A DNA stretch of 64,000 bases from the NCBI RefSeq assembly GCF_006345805.1, contig NC_042999.1, positions 135,780,001-135,844,000 of the forward strand, read 5' to 3'. The translations under genes and the position numbers were made by a program. Below, one piece after another: positions 49,196-63,671 of this stretch; positions within the stretch are counted from its first letter, which is position 1; every line of letters begins with the position of its first letter. Under the pieces are notes generated by a model. It was not told where the DNA came from and ran no database searches. It saw nothing but the letters and a program-made list of their open reading frames with translations. Source of the DNA: Octopus sinensis. Its lineage: Eukaryota.

Positions 49196-50125
49196 ACAAG
49201 GTGGTATCGAAAAGTTCCAGGATTAGTTATGTTGAATAGAAATAACTTATTTACCTAAGTTTTAGTATCATCTTCTTCGAAATAGTCACCTTGCACAGCA
49301 ATACACTGGTTCCAGCATTCCTGTCACTTTTGGACTCTGGTCTGGAAGTCGTTTTTGGTAAGCAAGTCAAGGACCTTCTGCAATTTGCTCTAGATCTTGC
49401 CAACTGTGTTAAAATGGTGACCTTTGAGCTGCATTTTCATCTTGGGGAAGAGATAGAAGTTTGTTGGTGCTAAATCTGGCGAATTGGGTGGGTGTGAAAG
49501 CGATACCATATTGTTTTTGGTGATAAACTCATGAGTAAGGAGAGCTTGATGACAGGGTGCATTGTTGTTAAGTATCCAGTTCTTCACACTCCACAGATCC
49601 AGTCGCTTTCACTGAACATCCTCCCTCAGACACTTCAAAACCTTCAGTAGAACTCTTGATTGACGGTCTGGCCCTGGGGGATGAATTTTTGATGCACAAT
49701 ATCACATTTCTGGGGGTGATGCTCATGGCAGGTCTTCCAGATCGCTCATCATATTCCAGATTGCTCATCATCTACCAGGAATGTTCTTCCACTTTTGAAG
49801 CACCCATACCATTCAAAACATTGTGTATGACCCATTGCCTCAAGTTTGCCAAAGTATGCTCAGTGTCTCTGGAGCAGACTTCCCAAGATAAACTCAAAAT
49901 TTCACATTAGCTCTTTGTTCCAACTTCCTGTCCATGACAAAATCACAGACTACAGTATACACAACATGATCACAAAAACACAAATTTCACAACTTGCAAA
50001 GTAAACACAGTGATGTCACTCACCACACTGCCTCATGAAGATCACTGCTAACTCTCACTGCACATGCAAGTGTGTGCTGCCATCTGTTGGTGCGCTACAG
50101 AACTAGTCTAGGAACTTTTTGATAT
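49196..50125 (-). mobile_element. Internally deleted mariner with both TIRs
   Basis: TIRs ATCGAAAAGTTCCAGGATTAGT / ACTAGTCTAGGAACTTTTTGAT. Peptides DERSGRP and NNAPCH..HPPNSPDLAPTNFYLFPKMKMQLKG. Confidence 0.85.
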
Positions 50126-50982
50126 GTGTGTATATGTATTGCACGTCAACAAACAAACAGCCAAGGAGGAGGCTAATATAAATAGTTCATATCCAGTTAA
50201 TAACACTCGGTTGAATCCATTGAATCCACCACAAGGATATTGCTCAGACCTTCTCAATGAAGTAGGTACTTCACAGGTTGGAAACAACTGACTACTGTGA
50301 AAAGCAGAAGCACTGCAAATTTGCTAAGTCAATATGTAATGCTGAGTTCAGTTACTTGTGTGTGTGAGTGTGTGTGTGTGTGAGTGAGGGAAGAGAGAGA
50401 GATTACTTTAAACTTAGATACTTGCGAGTAGCCCCATTATAATACATTTTACAGTTTTTTCACAAGAAGTTAGTGTCCACTTGCTATCTTTAACAATTTA
50501 CTCCAAAATATTATCCACCTTTTATCAAGAATTGTGTATGAGGAAAATTACTTCAATAATGTTGCAGATTACTGTGATGAAACTTATCATGGAGAGGTTT
50601 TAAGCTTAAGATAATGTATAGGTTGAATAATTTTAATAATACTGTTATACAAAAACAAAGAATACAATACATATATAATTTTACTAATACTCTTATACAA
50701 AAAGAGAAAACAACATATTACAGTATAATTCTCTTTATAATCACTTGTTTGCCAGAAAGTTTCTAAAACTTTTACATAAATATTTCACAAATAGCAGAAA
50801 GTTTTCAATGTTAACATTGTTAAAATAAGCTTTTTCCAACTTAGTCAAATAAACATTTGACTAAGTCCAACTTCAAGTATATAAAAAAATCAATCTTTCA
50901 GTTATTTTTAATTCAATTGTACAATTGTATAAACCCTGATTCATGTCCTTAATGCATTCATTACTATATTTCATTACTAAGT

Positions 50983-51304
50983 GAGGGCGCGTGGCTTAGT
51001 GGTTAGGGCATTTGGCTCATGATCGTAAGGTTGTGAGTTCGATTCCCGGCGACGCGTTGTGTCCTTGAGCAAGACACTTTATTTCACGTTGCTCCAGTCC
51101 ACTCAGCTGGCAAAAGTGAGTTGTACTTGTATTTCAAAGGGTCAGCCTTGTCACTCTCTGTGTCACGCTGATTATCCCCGAGAACTACGTTAAGGGTACA
51201 CGTGTCTGTGGAATGCTCAGCCATTTGCACGTTAATTTCACGAGCAAGCTGTTCCGTTGATCGTATCAGCTGGGACCCTCGTCGTCGTAACCGGCGGAGT
51301 CTTT
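50983..51304 (+). mobile_element. tRNA-derived SINE (young-looking, CpG-rich)
   Basis: TGGCTTAGTGG A box and GAGTTCGATTCC B box, continuing directly into a SINE body. ACTATATTTC occurs on both sides. Confidence 0.85.
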
Positions 51305-51812
51305 GAGACTATATTTCTGATGAAATACTGTACTTTAATTTCAATTAATTTTGAAACTAATGAAGAATAAATAATTTTGTCATTATTAATCTGGTGTTTG
51401 AAATAAATTAGCATGAAATTTTTGGGGAAAGTTTTAATTTAGATCTCTGTAAAACAGAAAATTTATATCATGGAACCAAGGATGGTCTTAGGCAGGTTGC
51501 TATCAGAAGGGTTAAATTGTAAATGTTTGGTAAGCTCTATTATTTATTTGCATATAGGTGTCAATAGTTAAAGAATATATTGGTTGAAAATAGAAATATT
51601 ACATTTCTAAATCTCTCAGAGAGATGTATACAGCAGCAGCACGATAAAGTGATGGCATGTTGTCAACTTAATGTGACAGTTCAATAAAAGGGAAGAACGC
51701 TACTGCTATTTAGCCCCAGGAAACACCGTTTCCAATTGGCCATGACACCATTTTCTGTGTCCTTATGTTTTCAAAGGTGAGAGATAAGCACCTCCACCCA
51801 GCAAAGCCAGCA

Positions 51813-51855
51813 TCCAGAGACTAGTTTCAGAGTCATTGCTCATCATCAGTCTGGA
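51813..51855 (-). ncRNA. Minimal type I hammerhead ribozyme with intact core
   Basis: UCCAGA-CUGAUGA-U-GAG-CAAUGA-CUC-U-GAAAC-UA-GUC-UCUGGA, with a 6-bp stem I, palindromic ACUAGU stem III and a GUC triplet. Confidence 0.8.
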
Positions 51856-53850
51856 GTAGCATGGCTTACTAGCTGTCCATGTCTATCCACTTTTGAAAAC
51901 ATATATATTTCAAGTGAAATACATTCACTAATTTTGAAAATAGAAATAGTACATTTCTAAATCTCTCAGAGAATCAGTATGTAAAAACATTTAATGAGTA
52001 CTTAAAAAAACAGTTTTTGATGTCAAATGGGAGATCTTGGAAAATGCAAATGCTTATACTGAAGTCCCTAACTTTTGAACTGTATTCTACTTTTACTTTG
52101 TAGTCTCCCATGTTTGAGAAAGATGACTCCACAATTTCTTGCTGAACACCCTGCGCAAAGAATTTGTGTATAATGATCAAATGTCTGTGCTGTACATGAA
52201 CTTACTTTCTCCACCAAACTGACATTGCCTGTACAGATGTTGAAGTGATCATAGAGCAATGTGAAGTGAGGTGTTTTGCTCAAGAGCACAATGCACTGAC
52301 TGGTCCAAAAATCAAAACCAAACCATGATCTTGTGATTGTGAGTGAAACACCCCAACCACCAGGCAACATGAAACTGGCAATTTTTATTCCATTATAGAA
52401 AAAAATACAACTCCACCCACCCACCCAAACTAAAGTCCTCCTATTCACTGTTAATTAATTATACATTTTATTTATGTTAGCATACAATAAAGTTACTTCA
52501 CAATTCCATCAATTGAATATCAACTTTCATATGCTAATAATTATTTATATGTAATTTTATATCGTTACATTCAACACTTTGCAATATCATTTACATAGCT
52601 TTTTCTATCAAGATATACAATTGTTTTAAACATTTTTTTTATTCCTCCTTTCCTGATTCTCTCTCTGTTCTTCACTCTCTTTGTGAATTCACTGTTATAT
52701 AAGTTTTCTTTAAAACATCATATTATCTAATAAAGCCACTCCTTTCTCATGCCATCTATTTTTTTAATTTTCACATTCAATTTTTCTCTCATACATATAT
52801 ATCAATAATATAGAGTTTTTTAAACTACATCTATTTTTTAAATCAATATATTATATGATCGCCTTAAATATTTTTATTCTTTCTACTCTTTTGCTTTTAA
52901 ACTCTTTACCTCATTTCTCACATCCCTTCTTTCTTTTTGCCTCTATTCTTTTTTGTCTTTTGCTATTTTTTTCTGTTTTTCATCCTTTTAACTTAGCAAA
53001 CATAACTTATTTTCATATCAACATTAAATCTATTAAATTTCAGCAACCAATCAAATTACATGTTTATTTTCAAATATATCTTGTGACATTTTAATGGTAA
53101 CTTAATCATATATATATAAAAGTATATTCTCTGTCAACCTAGTACTATCTGATTAAATAAAGGAAAACTCAGAGTTACACAAGAGGGAAAGAATCAGCTA
53201 CTATTAAATATATTATTTTATTCTTTGGATTGAATACTTATACTTGTTTTTCTGCATGCAAACAAATTTTTATAGCTAAATCAAAATGATGCTTCATCTG
53301 GGGAAAGATGTAGAAAGAATGAAAAACAATTCTACTGCTATATTTATAGACACCAGACAATGTAATTGCCTGTCAATGATGGGCAGTAGAAACTCCTGAA
53401 TTATGCTTCTGATCGGTCTATGTGTAAGTAAAATTATATAAGAAGTGAAATAATGCACCACCATAATTTAAACTGAAATCTTAACCTAATTTTAACTCTA
53501 TGTGTGTGTGTGTGTCTGTGTGTGTGTGTGTATGTGTGTTCAGTGAGTCTAAATGTATAATTCCTAAATGTATGTATGTAAATTTATTTATAGCTTATCC
53601 ACAAACACAATGTTTCTTTATTTAAATAATATTCAATCGCCAATGAATGTACTGATATGCATCTAAGCTCTAGTAGTGTTCATCACATTTGCTCATCACG
53701 TTTTTTATGATTAGTAGTATACTACTGTCTCTCTTTGCAGAATCGATGAAATAAGCATTCTTAATAAGCTGATAATGACCAACTGAATCTAATTGGTTAT
53801 TCTTCTGTTAATTCTGCAGGAAGATCCCTGCCATTTAATCTCAGGTTTCT

Positions 53851-53891
53851 TAGTCTGAAGATCCTGACTTGGATGAAACTACTAGTCACAG
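53851..53891 (+). ncRNA. Hammerhead motif with intact core and weak stem I
   Basis: UAGU-CUGAAGA-UCC-UGACUU-GGA-U-GAAAC-UACUA-GUC-ACAG. Confidence 0.55.
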
Positions 53892-54904
53892 TAATGCACT
53901 GCACTTTTCAGTACACACACACTGAAATTGTTATTTTACAAATGTTTTGAGTTCTCTTTTCTTTGAGGTGGTTGTATACAGGACTACTATACTAATCTGT
54001 CTGGCTCTGTTCATTCACTCATTCATTTATCTGTCCATTTTTCTTTGTTAACATAGTATGATGAGTGCATATTATTGTGGCATTGTTTTACAGCTAGAAC
54101 CCCTTCCTGTTGCTAACCCGTACCAGTATTTTTGGGTTAGGATTTTATTATTTCACTTGACTTCAAAAGCATGGAACTACATGTTGAATTATTTATAACA
54201 AATGTTAACAAATGTCACTGCTTTTAGCTCAATGCTCTCTCTTTCTTTTTCTTACTCTCAGTCCTTCCATACCCCCTCTCTCTCTCATTCACACATACAC
54301 ATATAAAATATGTATTCTAGGCTTTAGGATTGGCACGTTGCATACTTGCATATTATAAGAGGCAATTAAAAGTGTTTTACTGAAAGAAAAGCATCTGCCA
54401 AAAAACACTGCCTTAGAAATCCAATCCAACTCATGCAAACATGCAAAAGTAAACAAAACAAACTACACTCAATTCTGTACACAAACACACACACACATGC
54501 ATGCACACACACTCACACACACATACACACACATGCACACACACATACATACACGTGCACACACACACAATGTATGTACATAGGTGTGTATGTGTGTTTA
54601 TATCTCCTTGTCTTGACACTATATGCTAATTGGTAAAAAACCATAACTGCCATACATGTGGAGTTGTTCATTTGTAATCTTCTTCAAGAACATCTCTGGC
54701 CATTATGCTTTCCAGGTTCAAAGCAATAAGGCAAATATTTCTTTGCTTAGAAACAGGTGAGGTTAACAACAAGATGACCATCCAGATTAGAAAATCTGTC
54801 CCAATGAATTTCATCAGACTTATGCAAGCCAGGAAAAATGAACATTAAAATGATAATGATAATGATGATGATATATACAAATGTATCTGCTAAAAATATA
54901 GAAT

Positions 54905-55685
<781 letters not shown>

Positions 55686-56665
55686 AAAGAATAATAACAT
55701 AAGAACAGAGAATGGGGAAATAACATGAATGTTACTGTTCCTTCAGGTTTATGTAAGAAAGACCTTATGGATTACAAAGACATATAGAATGGTATTTGTA
55801 GATATTAAACAATTTTCATAATGATCTATATGTAAAATGTGCATATATCTGAACATTTTAAACTGTATTTTAGTTATAAATAGAAGAGGCAGATGAAACG
55901 TTAATATTGCTGGAAATAAACTTTGATGTGGGGTTTTTATTGAGTGAAATGTTATAAAGAGTTACTCTAATATATTGATCTTTATATCAATTCTGCATTA
56001 AACTCCAGCTTCATGCTTGTTTATAGAATGATCAAACCTTAAACACACCTACATGTTTATATAGCTGTTAAATTTATGCTGTCACTACACAGTCTTACCA
56101 ACAACTATTTTTTCCCCCATAAATCAAAGAACATGGTTCTTTGACTTAACGTGGTTGCTGAACCTGGTAGGAGTAGCAGCCAAATCTTTCTTAATACCTT
56201 ATCATAATTGAAATAATGTATTCCTAGATGTGCCACTAAAAAGGCAGGGAAATATATTGCTGGAAGGCTGTTGTCAGTAGGTTTGTGCAATTGGGCGGGG
56301 TTGACCTGAAGCTAAACATCAGCAACTATTTTCTTTTTCTTTCCCAAATAGCTATGTCTATATATGGTAATACTTGTCCATTTGTCTTAAAACATTTTCT
56401 CAACAATTTCACCATTTATCAACAAATAGTCACCATTTCTCAACAAATGTTTTCCCAAATTTGCATAAAAATCCAAAATTATTTCTCAATAATACATGAA
56501 TTCAAAAACCAGATTCAAGGCACTCCCTGGGCAAAACAAAGTGGAAATGGGAAAACAGACGATGCTTGACAGATAGCTGTAATGTGCTCATATACACTCT
56601 CTTACATATGTTCTCCCTTATATGACAATGTATAACCTATATATATATATATATATATAATATAT

Positions 56666-56722
<57 letters not shown>

Positions 56723-57303
56723 TCTCTCTTCTCTTCTCACGTGACCGCCGGTCAACTATAGCCTTTTGGCTTCTGAGCACCGCCACGACAACATCGATAT
56801 TTTCGTCTGCCGTAAGGCATTATTTTTCAAATACGCCAGCTAAGTTGAACTGTCTAAAGTCGAAAGACGCCTGTTGTTTTTGTCCTGTTATTATTATTAT
56901 TGTTTTTTGTATCTATATTCGTGTGGCATCGTCCGTTTTTCTGTCCTTGTTTCGTATATATTCAATCCTTTTTCCAAGAAATCTAGTACTTGTAGCTTAG
57001 TTTTTTCTTGGGGCTGGCCGGATCGGAGCGATCTCAAGATTAATCAGCTGAAATTGCGAGGATGATCTGGTTCTTGACTGAAGATTAGAGGCTTCGAATG
57101 ACCCGTCCGTTTTTTGTGTCGTCTATTTGAATGTTTTGCGTTCTTGTCCCGTTTTGTACTTTTATAAATATTTTTTATACATAAATTATTGCGGTGTAAC
57201 GTACACCTTGTTCTCTTATATGTATGTAAGCATTCCACTATATATATGTATATATATATATATATGTATATTTATATATATATGTATATATATATATATA
57301 TTC

Positions 57304-57805
57304 ATGGAAAAATGTGATCAATAGAAATAATATTCTTAAGATTATAAACCTGGAAAATTACAGAACAAGTTATTACACCTACAACAACAAATTCACAATA
57401 ATATTTGTTTGAGTTATTGCCAAGTCTTCACATTTTTAGTCTTGACCCAATGCCTGTTTTTTTTACATAAAGTATTTTCCTACCATATATGCTATTCTAC
57501 TTTACATAAAACTAGATATATTGGTACTTCTGGTTCTCATTTTTTAAGCATTCTACTGGGTCAATATTTTAACAAAATGCTAGTACCTTTTTTAATTATA
57601 GCATTACTTTGTAAATTAAAATCAAATAATTTTCAATATTCAAATTTTATCCTAAGCTGCAATATTTTAAGTAAAAATTTTCTTGTTATGTACTTTATCA
57701 GATGTAATAAGTTGTCCTGAACTTTTCCAAGTGTAATAACTTGTCCTGTAATTTTCCAGGTCTATAATGTTAAGAATATTATTTCTCTTGCTCACATTTT
57801 TCTAT
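57304..57805. mobile_element. MITE with ~75-bp TIRs
   Basis: ATGGAAAAATGTGATCAATAGAAATAATATTCTTAAG..GTTATTACAC and its reverse complement GTGTAATAAC..CACATTTTTCTAT at ~57731-57805. Confidence 0.75.
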
Positions 57806-58612
57806 GTAATCCATATTTTTCCAGGCTATGCTATTATGCTAATTAATAATGTGTCAAATGTATCAATTAGCGATGTTCTTGATAATTTTTTCGCTACTTC
57901 AATGACATTGGTGACATATATATAAGTCCCCTTATAGAACTATATTCATAAAAAAGCATAGAAGTATTACCACCCTCAAATTTGAGAAACAAACACTCAT
58001 AACTTTTTACTTTTAAAAACTTCATTGCATGAGACTGATACCATGAAATTCCTTGAATTGAGCTTTATCATTTAAGCTTAATTAAAATATAGTTTGTTTT
58101 TAAAATAAAAAAGTTAATTATACTTAAATCTAATTTTTTGTCTTATTTTTTCATGATATTGTACCTCAACTTTTTTGATACAAATTTTTGTTGCATGGGA
58201 ACAAAACTTGAAATTCTTCATGTTTTCTTCTATCATTGAATCTAAGATAAATATATTTTGCTTTTAAATAAAAAAAAAGTTATTTAGAACTAAACTTGAT
58301 TGATAGCGTTACTTACTCTCCTATAATGCTGTTACAAATTTTGATGTAAACTTTTTTCTACTGGATCAAATCTCAATTTTTTTAATGCCAAAATGTAGTT
58401 AGGGACTAGTCCTCTTCAAAAATGTTAACAGTGTTCAATTTGGTTAAGAACTGAATTAGTGACAAGCTCTGAAAGATGTTGCATGTGAGTAAATTGCAGC
58501 CTTTAGAACATTATTCAACAACTATTACCATAGTTGAATGATATATCATGATCATCATGATCATCATTGCTTAACATCTGCCTTTCCTTGCTGGCATGGG
58601 TGGGACATATAT

Positions 58613-58648
<36 letters not shown>

Positions 58649-61600
58649 ATATGTATGTATGTATACACATGCACACATACTTATACACTTACATACACAT
58701 ATATATGTTCTTTGCTTCACATTTAAGTTTGTTTATATTTGCAAAATATTCAGATATTGAGCTCCATAAATCATCATTTAATGTCTGCTGTCCATGCAGA
58801 CATGGGTTGGACGGTTTGACCGGGCTAGCATACTGGAAGGCTGCACAAGACTCCACTCTGATTTAGCATGGTTTTTCTACAACTGGATGCCCTTCCTAAT
58901 GACAATCACTCCAAGAGTGTAATGGGTGCTTTTATGTGCCACCAACACAGGTGCCAAATTGTGTGACACTGGTATCTGTCACGAATGCAATTTTGCTCAG
59001 CTTGATGGGTCTTCTCAAGCATGACATAATGCCAAATGTCATAGTCATTGCTTCTGTGAGGCCCAACGCTTGAAAGGAACTCAACTACCTTGCCTTTGTA
59101 AGGTCTAACACTCGAAAGGTGTTCTTTACGTGGCACCAGCATGGGTGCACTTGGCTTGATGAGTCTTCTCAAGCACAGCACATCACCAAAGGTCTTGTAA
59201 TAATGATTATCAGTTTACTGAAACATGTTCATGTTTATAAAACTTAAATAATGTTTTCTGAGTTTGTTATTACTATATTTGCACATGTATAAATATGTGT
59301 GTGTATATATATGTGTGTGTGTGTGTGTGTGTACATATATAGTATGTGGATGGGGTTATAATCCAAGCAGTGTCTTCATCAAGCACATTCGTATATTCCA
59401 GTACTCCAAAGTATATTTGTAGATGATATATTTTATATGAGAATCGAAAATAATAGAAAATACTGTAAAATATTGGAAAATACTTTTTGCAGAGTAATTA
59501 CATATCAAAACAGAAGACCGGAAAAATTTGGTATTATTTATTTCCCATTACATAGGTTTCATTACTTAATAGTAGTTACAAAGATTACATTTAGAAAAAC
59601 ATGTAAGATATCTCTTATTATTACTTCTTCGGACAGAAAATTATGACTCCTAATTAATAAATACTTAATACTATATTGTAGCACCATCGAATGTAATTTT
59701 ACATTATTTTAATTGTCTTACATGTCTTACATGTCTACATGTATATACTTGTAATTCCTATTAGGTAATGAAACATATGTAACAGGGAATAAATAATACC
59801 AAATTTTTCAGTCTTCTCTTACATGCATAAAAGTGAGTTTGGAGGAATATATTATTAGGGCAGATACTGTATTAGCTTTCAGTTAAGTTCTAGTTAATAG
59901 CTAACCACTACAATCAGTATTTAACATCTGTGACTACAATTTGTTGTTAGTCACTCTGGGAATTCTTCCAATGGGTAATTCCTTGTATGTTTCGCTGGAT
60001 GGTAAAAATTGTTTGGAGTATATATTATTATTAATACTAAAGAGTATGGAGACTTGTACATCCACAAACGCAAAGTTGCATTTACAACAATGAGTTGTCA
60101 CTGCAGTGGCAACTTGTAGTTCATTATAATATGCTGTATATAACTATAGAATAAATTTTGTGGACATACAAATCTTCGTGCTCTTTATTATAAATAATCT
60201 CTCTCTCTCTCTCTCACACACACACAAATATAATTTCAAAAGGAATTACAAAAAAATTCCTATAAGTTAGGTTATTTAGTTAAACAAAACAGAACTGTTT
60301 CTGTGTATCTATTACTTTAAGCAATACTGATTAGTTTGGCTGGCATATTAATATGTGACTAACAGCAAAATGACATTACAACTGTGACATGTCATAAAAA
60401 TATAAATTACAAACACAACAGCAGGGTGTTGTCTTCTTCATCATGTGATGTCTTCTGATTTTTGTATTTCCATTTTCTGTCTTGTCTTGTTCTCTGTCAT
60501 GATGCTTAGTAGTCTATATTCTGTTGTTGCTCTCTTTTCTCTCCAGCTGCCAGTCATGCTTGTTCTTTTTCTTTTCTCTTATTCGTTGGAGTTTTTTCTG
60601 TTTCTGAACACACACACACACACACACACACACATGCATGCATGTACTTTCACATACCTGCACATATCTAGTTTTATTTATGATGATATAAAGAGACAGA
60701 CTTTTTAAGGAAAATTGTGGGGGGAAAATTATCCCATGGTTCTTAATGTAGAAAGAAGAAAATTTGAATCATTGCTAGTTAATAGACGTTGGAAATACAT
60801 AATTGATAGAAAATTGTTGTAGACAATAGCTATATGAGGAATAAAAGTAAAAATAAAAGCAACAACAATAAAAAACGCTAGAAAGTTTGGTGAATGGTAT
60901 GGTTGTGGAGAATAGAATTGGAAAAAATCAGTAGAATTTGGATTGAAAGTGTATTGTACAAGAAGTGTAATAAATCAGGCAACTAAATCATTGATTTCTC
61001 TATTTGTTTATGATTTTGTTCCTACTTCTATTTCTCTATATTTTTTAATACTATTCAAAAGATTGAGAATATCTATTTTGTCATTCCAGTCTCCATCTTC
61101 TGAGCTATTTCCATTGATTTAGGTTTGCAGTATTCTAAATATTCAACTCCATGGTTCAATTTACTCACCCAGATTATAAACTCTATTCCTTCTTTGGTAT
61201 GTTGCAAGTCAGCAATTCTGATTAGATATGCACCTCAGATGTTGCTATTCGTTGATTTATTAACACTTTTATCCTCACAACACTTTTTTTTTCTCCCTCA
61301 TTGAATTCCTAACTAAAATCTCTACTAAATTACAGCTTTATTCACTTACATCTAGTGTCTTATTCATTTAACAGTCCCTTCCACTATTATCTTTTCACAG
61401 CATTCACTCATTTATTCATGCTTACCACACTTCCCATTCAACTTCCCATCCGTTTTATTCCCAGCCACGCTTGTTCATTATTTATCCATTTACCACTCTT
61501 GTCTTGCTAACCAGCATGGAAGAGTAGGAGAAAAAAATGAAAAAGAAAGAAAAATTCATTCAGCTTGTTCATTGTTATTTCTTACTGCACTCAACCATAT

Positions 61601-62582
61601 TCATGCTTCAATAGCCAGCCTGTTAGTTAAAGGCTGTAGTTTTGCCATTTGACTTCATAGTAAAATCATTTCTGCACACTTTGCTGTGTATAGCATTCAG
61701 GTTATTTCTTTGATTAACTTGTTAGCATCAGCCTCATCTACCAGCAGAAACTTTCACAACAGTTACTCAGCTGGTAAGACTCATTAAATTTTGCTTAGCT
61801 TTTGCTTCACCACTGATTAATCTGTTGCATTAGTTATCAAATAAGATTATTGTTTTTCAGCATTTAACCCTGCCAAAATGTCACCCTAGATATCTCCCAT
61901 TTAATGCTCTTTTGAAAACTGACTTGTGTTTGTGAATTTAACACGGTTTCAGGCTAAGAAATACAAATATCAGCAATTTGACCTTTTGAAGTTACTTTTA
62001 TTTACAAACTTGTTGTTATATTTTATTCTTTGCAAAATTGTTAAATAATAGAGCGACAATTTAGTTAAACATACATATATCAAGGGAGAGATTCTTTTGT
62101 TTAATGTTAATTCAATAAGTTTGACTGTACCAGAAGTATCAGTCTTAGTAATAGTAGAAGTAGTATATATATATATATAGAGAGAGAGGTAGGTACATAT
62201 GCAAGCACACATACACACACGCATATACATACGAATGTATGTATTTGTGTCTGTATGTCACCCCACCATCGCTTGATAACTAATGTTGATGCGATTATGC
62301 CCCTGTAACTTTGCGGTTCAGAAGAAGAGGCGATAGAATAAATACAAAGCTTCCTAAGAATAATTCCTGGCCTTGATTTGTTCAAATAAAAGACGGTGCT
62401 CTAGTATGGCCTATCATCTTTTGAAACGTATTGGATAGGAGGTCATGTTGCTGGTTTTGCCAACAAAAAACACAAGCACTATTTATTTGATGTTCACAAT
62501 TTGTTTTTCAGGTTTTCATTCGACCAGAGTTCTTTTGTTACAATTCAGTGGCCTTAAACGTGGTCCTTTACTTTCTTCATTT

Positions 62583-63007
62583 GGATCTTTTCGGTTTGAA
62601 CGGCAGTTTTTTCTAGCGGTGTCATATGAAATTGTCACCCATAATTATGACCCTAGTATCAATCTATTGCATTTCAATCTGTTTTAGGGTTAGTTAGGGT
62701 TAGGGTTAGGGGTGGGGGGAAGGATATATTTTTTTCTTCAGAAATTTAAATAAACCCAATCCGTTTCTTAAACGAGGGACATATTCATATGGCACAAAAT
62801 GTTTTCACCTCAATAGACATATTTGATTGGTTGAAATTGCAGAAATTGAAGAAAAAAACAACAAATATCTTAAAAACTATAGAATTTTCTCAATAAAGCC
62901 AAGAGAAAATGATATTTTATAAACACATTCTACCAGTATACGAAGTTTAAAATTTTTTAGTTACCTAGAAATTATGTTAAAAACTGCTGTTCAAACTGAA
63001 AAGACCC
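62583..63007. mobile_element. MITE with ~28-bp TIRs and internal TTAGGG repeats
   Basis: GGATCTTTTCGGTTTGAACGGCAGTTTTT ... AAAAACTGCTGTTCAAACTGAAAAGACCC, with TTAGGGTTAGTTAGGGTTAGGGTTAGGGG at ~62685-62712. Confidence 0.7.
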
Positions 63008-63671
63008 CTTCTTTTTTCTTTCTTGTGTCTGTCCTTTTTAATCATCTGCCATGTTGTAATCCACAGAAATTCAAAATCTTTCTCTATCTCACTCTTTATG
63101 CCTGTGTATGTATATACATATAATATGTGTCCATACTCAGCGGTCAACATTTAGCCGATATTGTCTTAATTTTCTATCTTGTTCCTCTCGGTTTCTTTCC
63201 CCTCTTGTTTGCAAAATATTCTCTATCTATTTCTACCTGTCTTTCTCTTCACATATCTGCTTCTTTTCTCTCTTTACTCATCTTCATTTCTTCCTCTTAT
63301 TATCACTGTCAACTATATCCTGTCTAGCTTTATTTCCTTGTCTCCACACTCTCTTTCTTCACCAATTTTCTCTGCCACATGACTATCCAATATTTTTAAC
63401 ACTCCTTAAATTTGGTTAGCCAAGACGTTTTTTTCTCAATCAGCTGTTTACCTTATCATTTCACTTTTGATTGTTTTTTTCCTCCTATCCTAGTACCTCT
63501 GGAAAACATGCACCAAGATTTTTCCTTCTTTTTTTTTGTTATCTTTTGTCATGGAATATCTTATATTTGCAATTTGTATTTTCACTGCTTACATTTGCTT
63601 AACTTGTATATCTCTGAAATAAAGCATATTTTAACCTACAAAATATAGGTACTATTAAGAAGAGTGGTCCT

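Noticed and set aside
50983-51060. Possible tRNA gene (likewise 21434, 33493, 46215)
   Set aside because: A and B boxes are present, but there is no complementary acceptor stem or terminator, and the sequence runs into a multi-copy SINE body.
62685-62712. True telomere or fusion site
   Set aside because: Only about four units, and enclosed by MITE TIRs.
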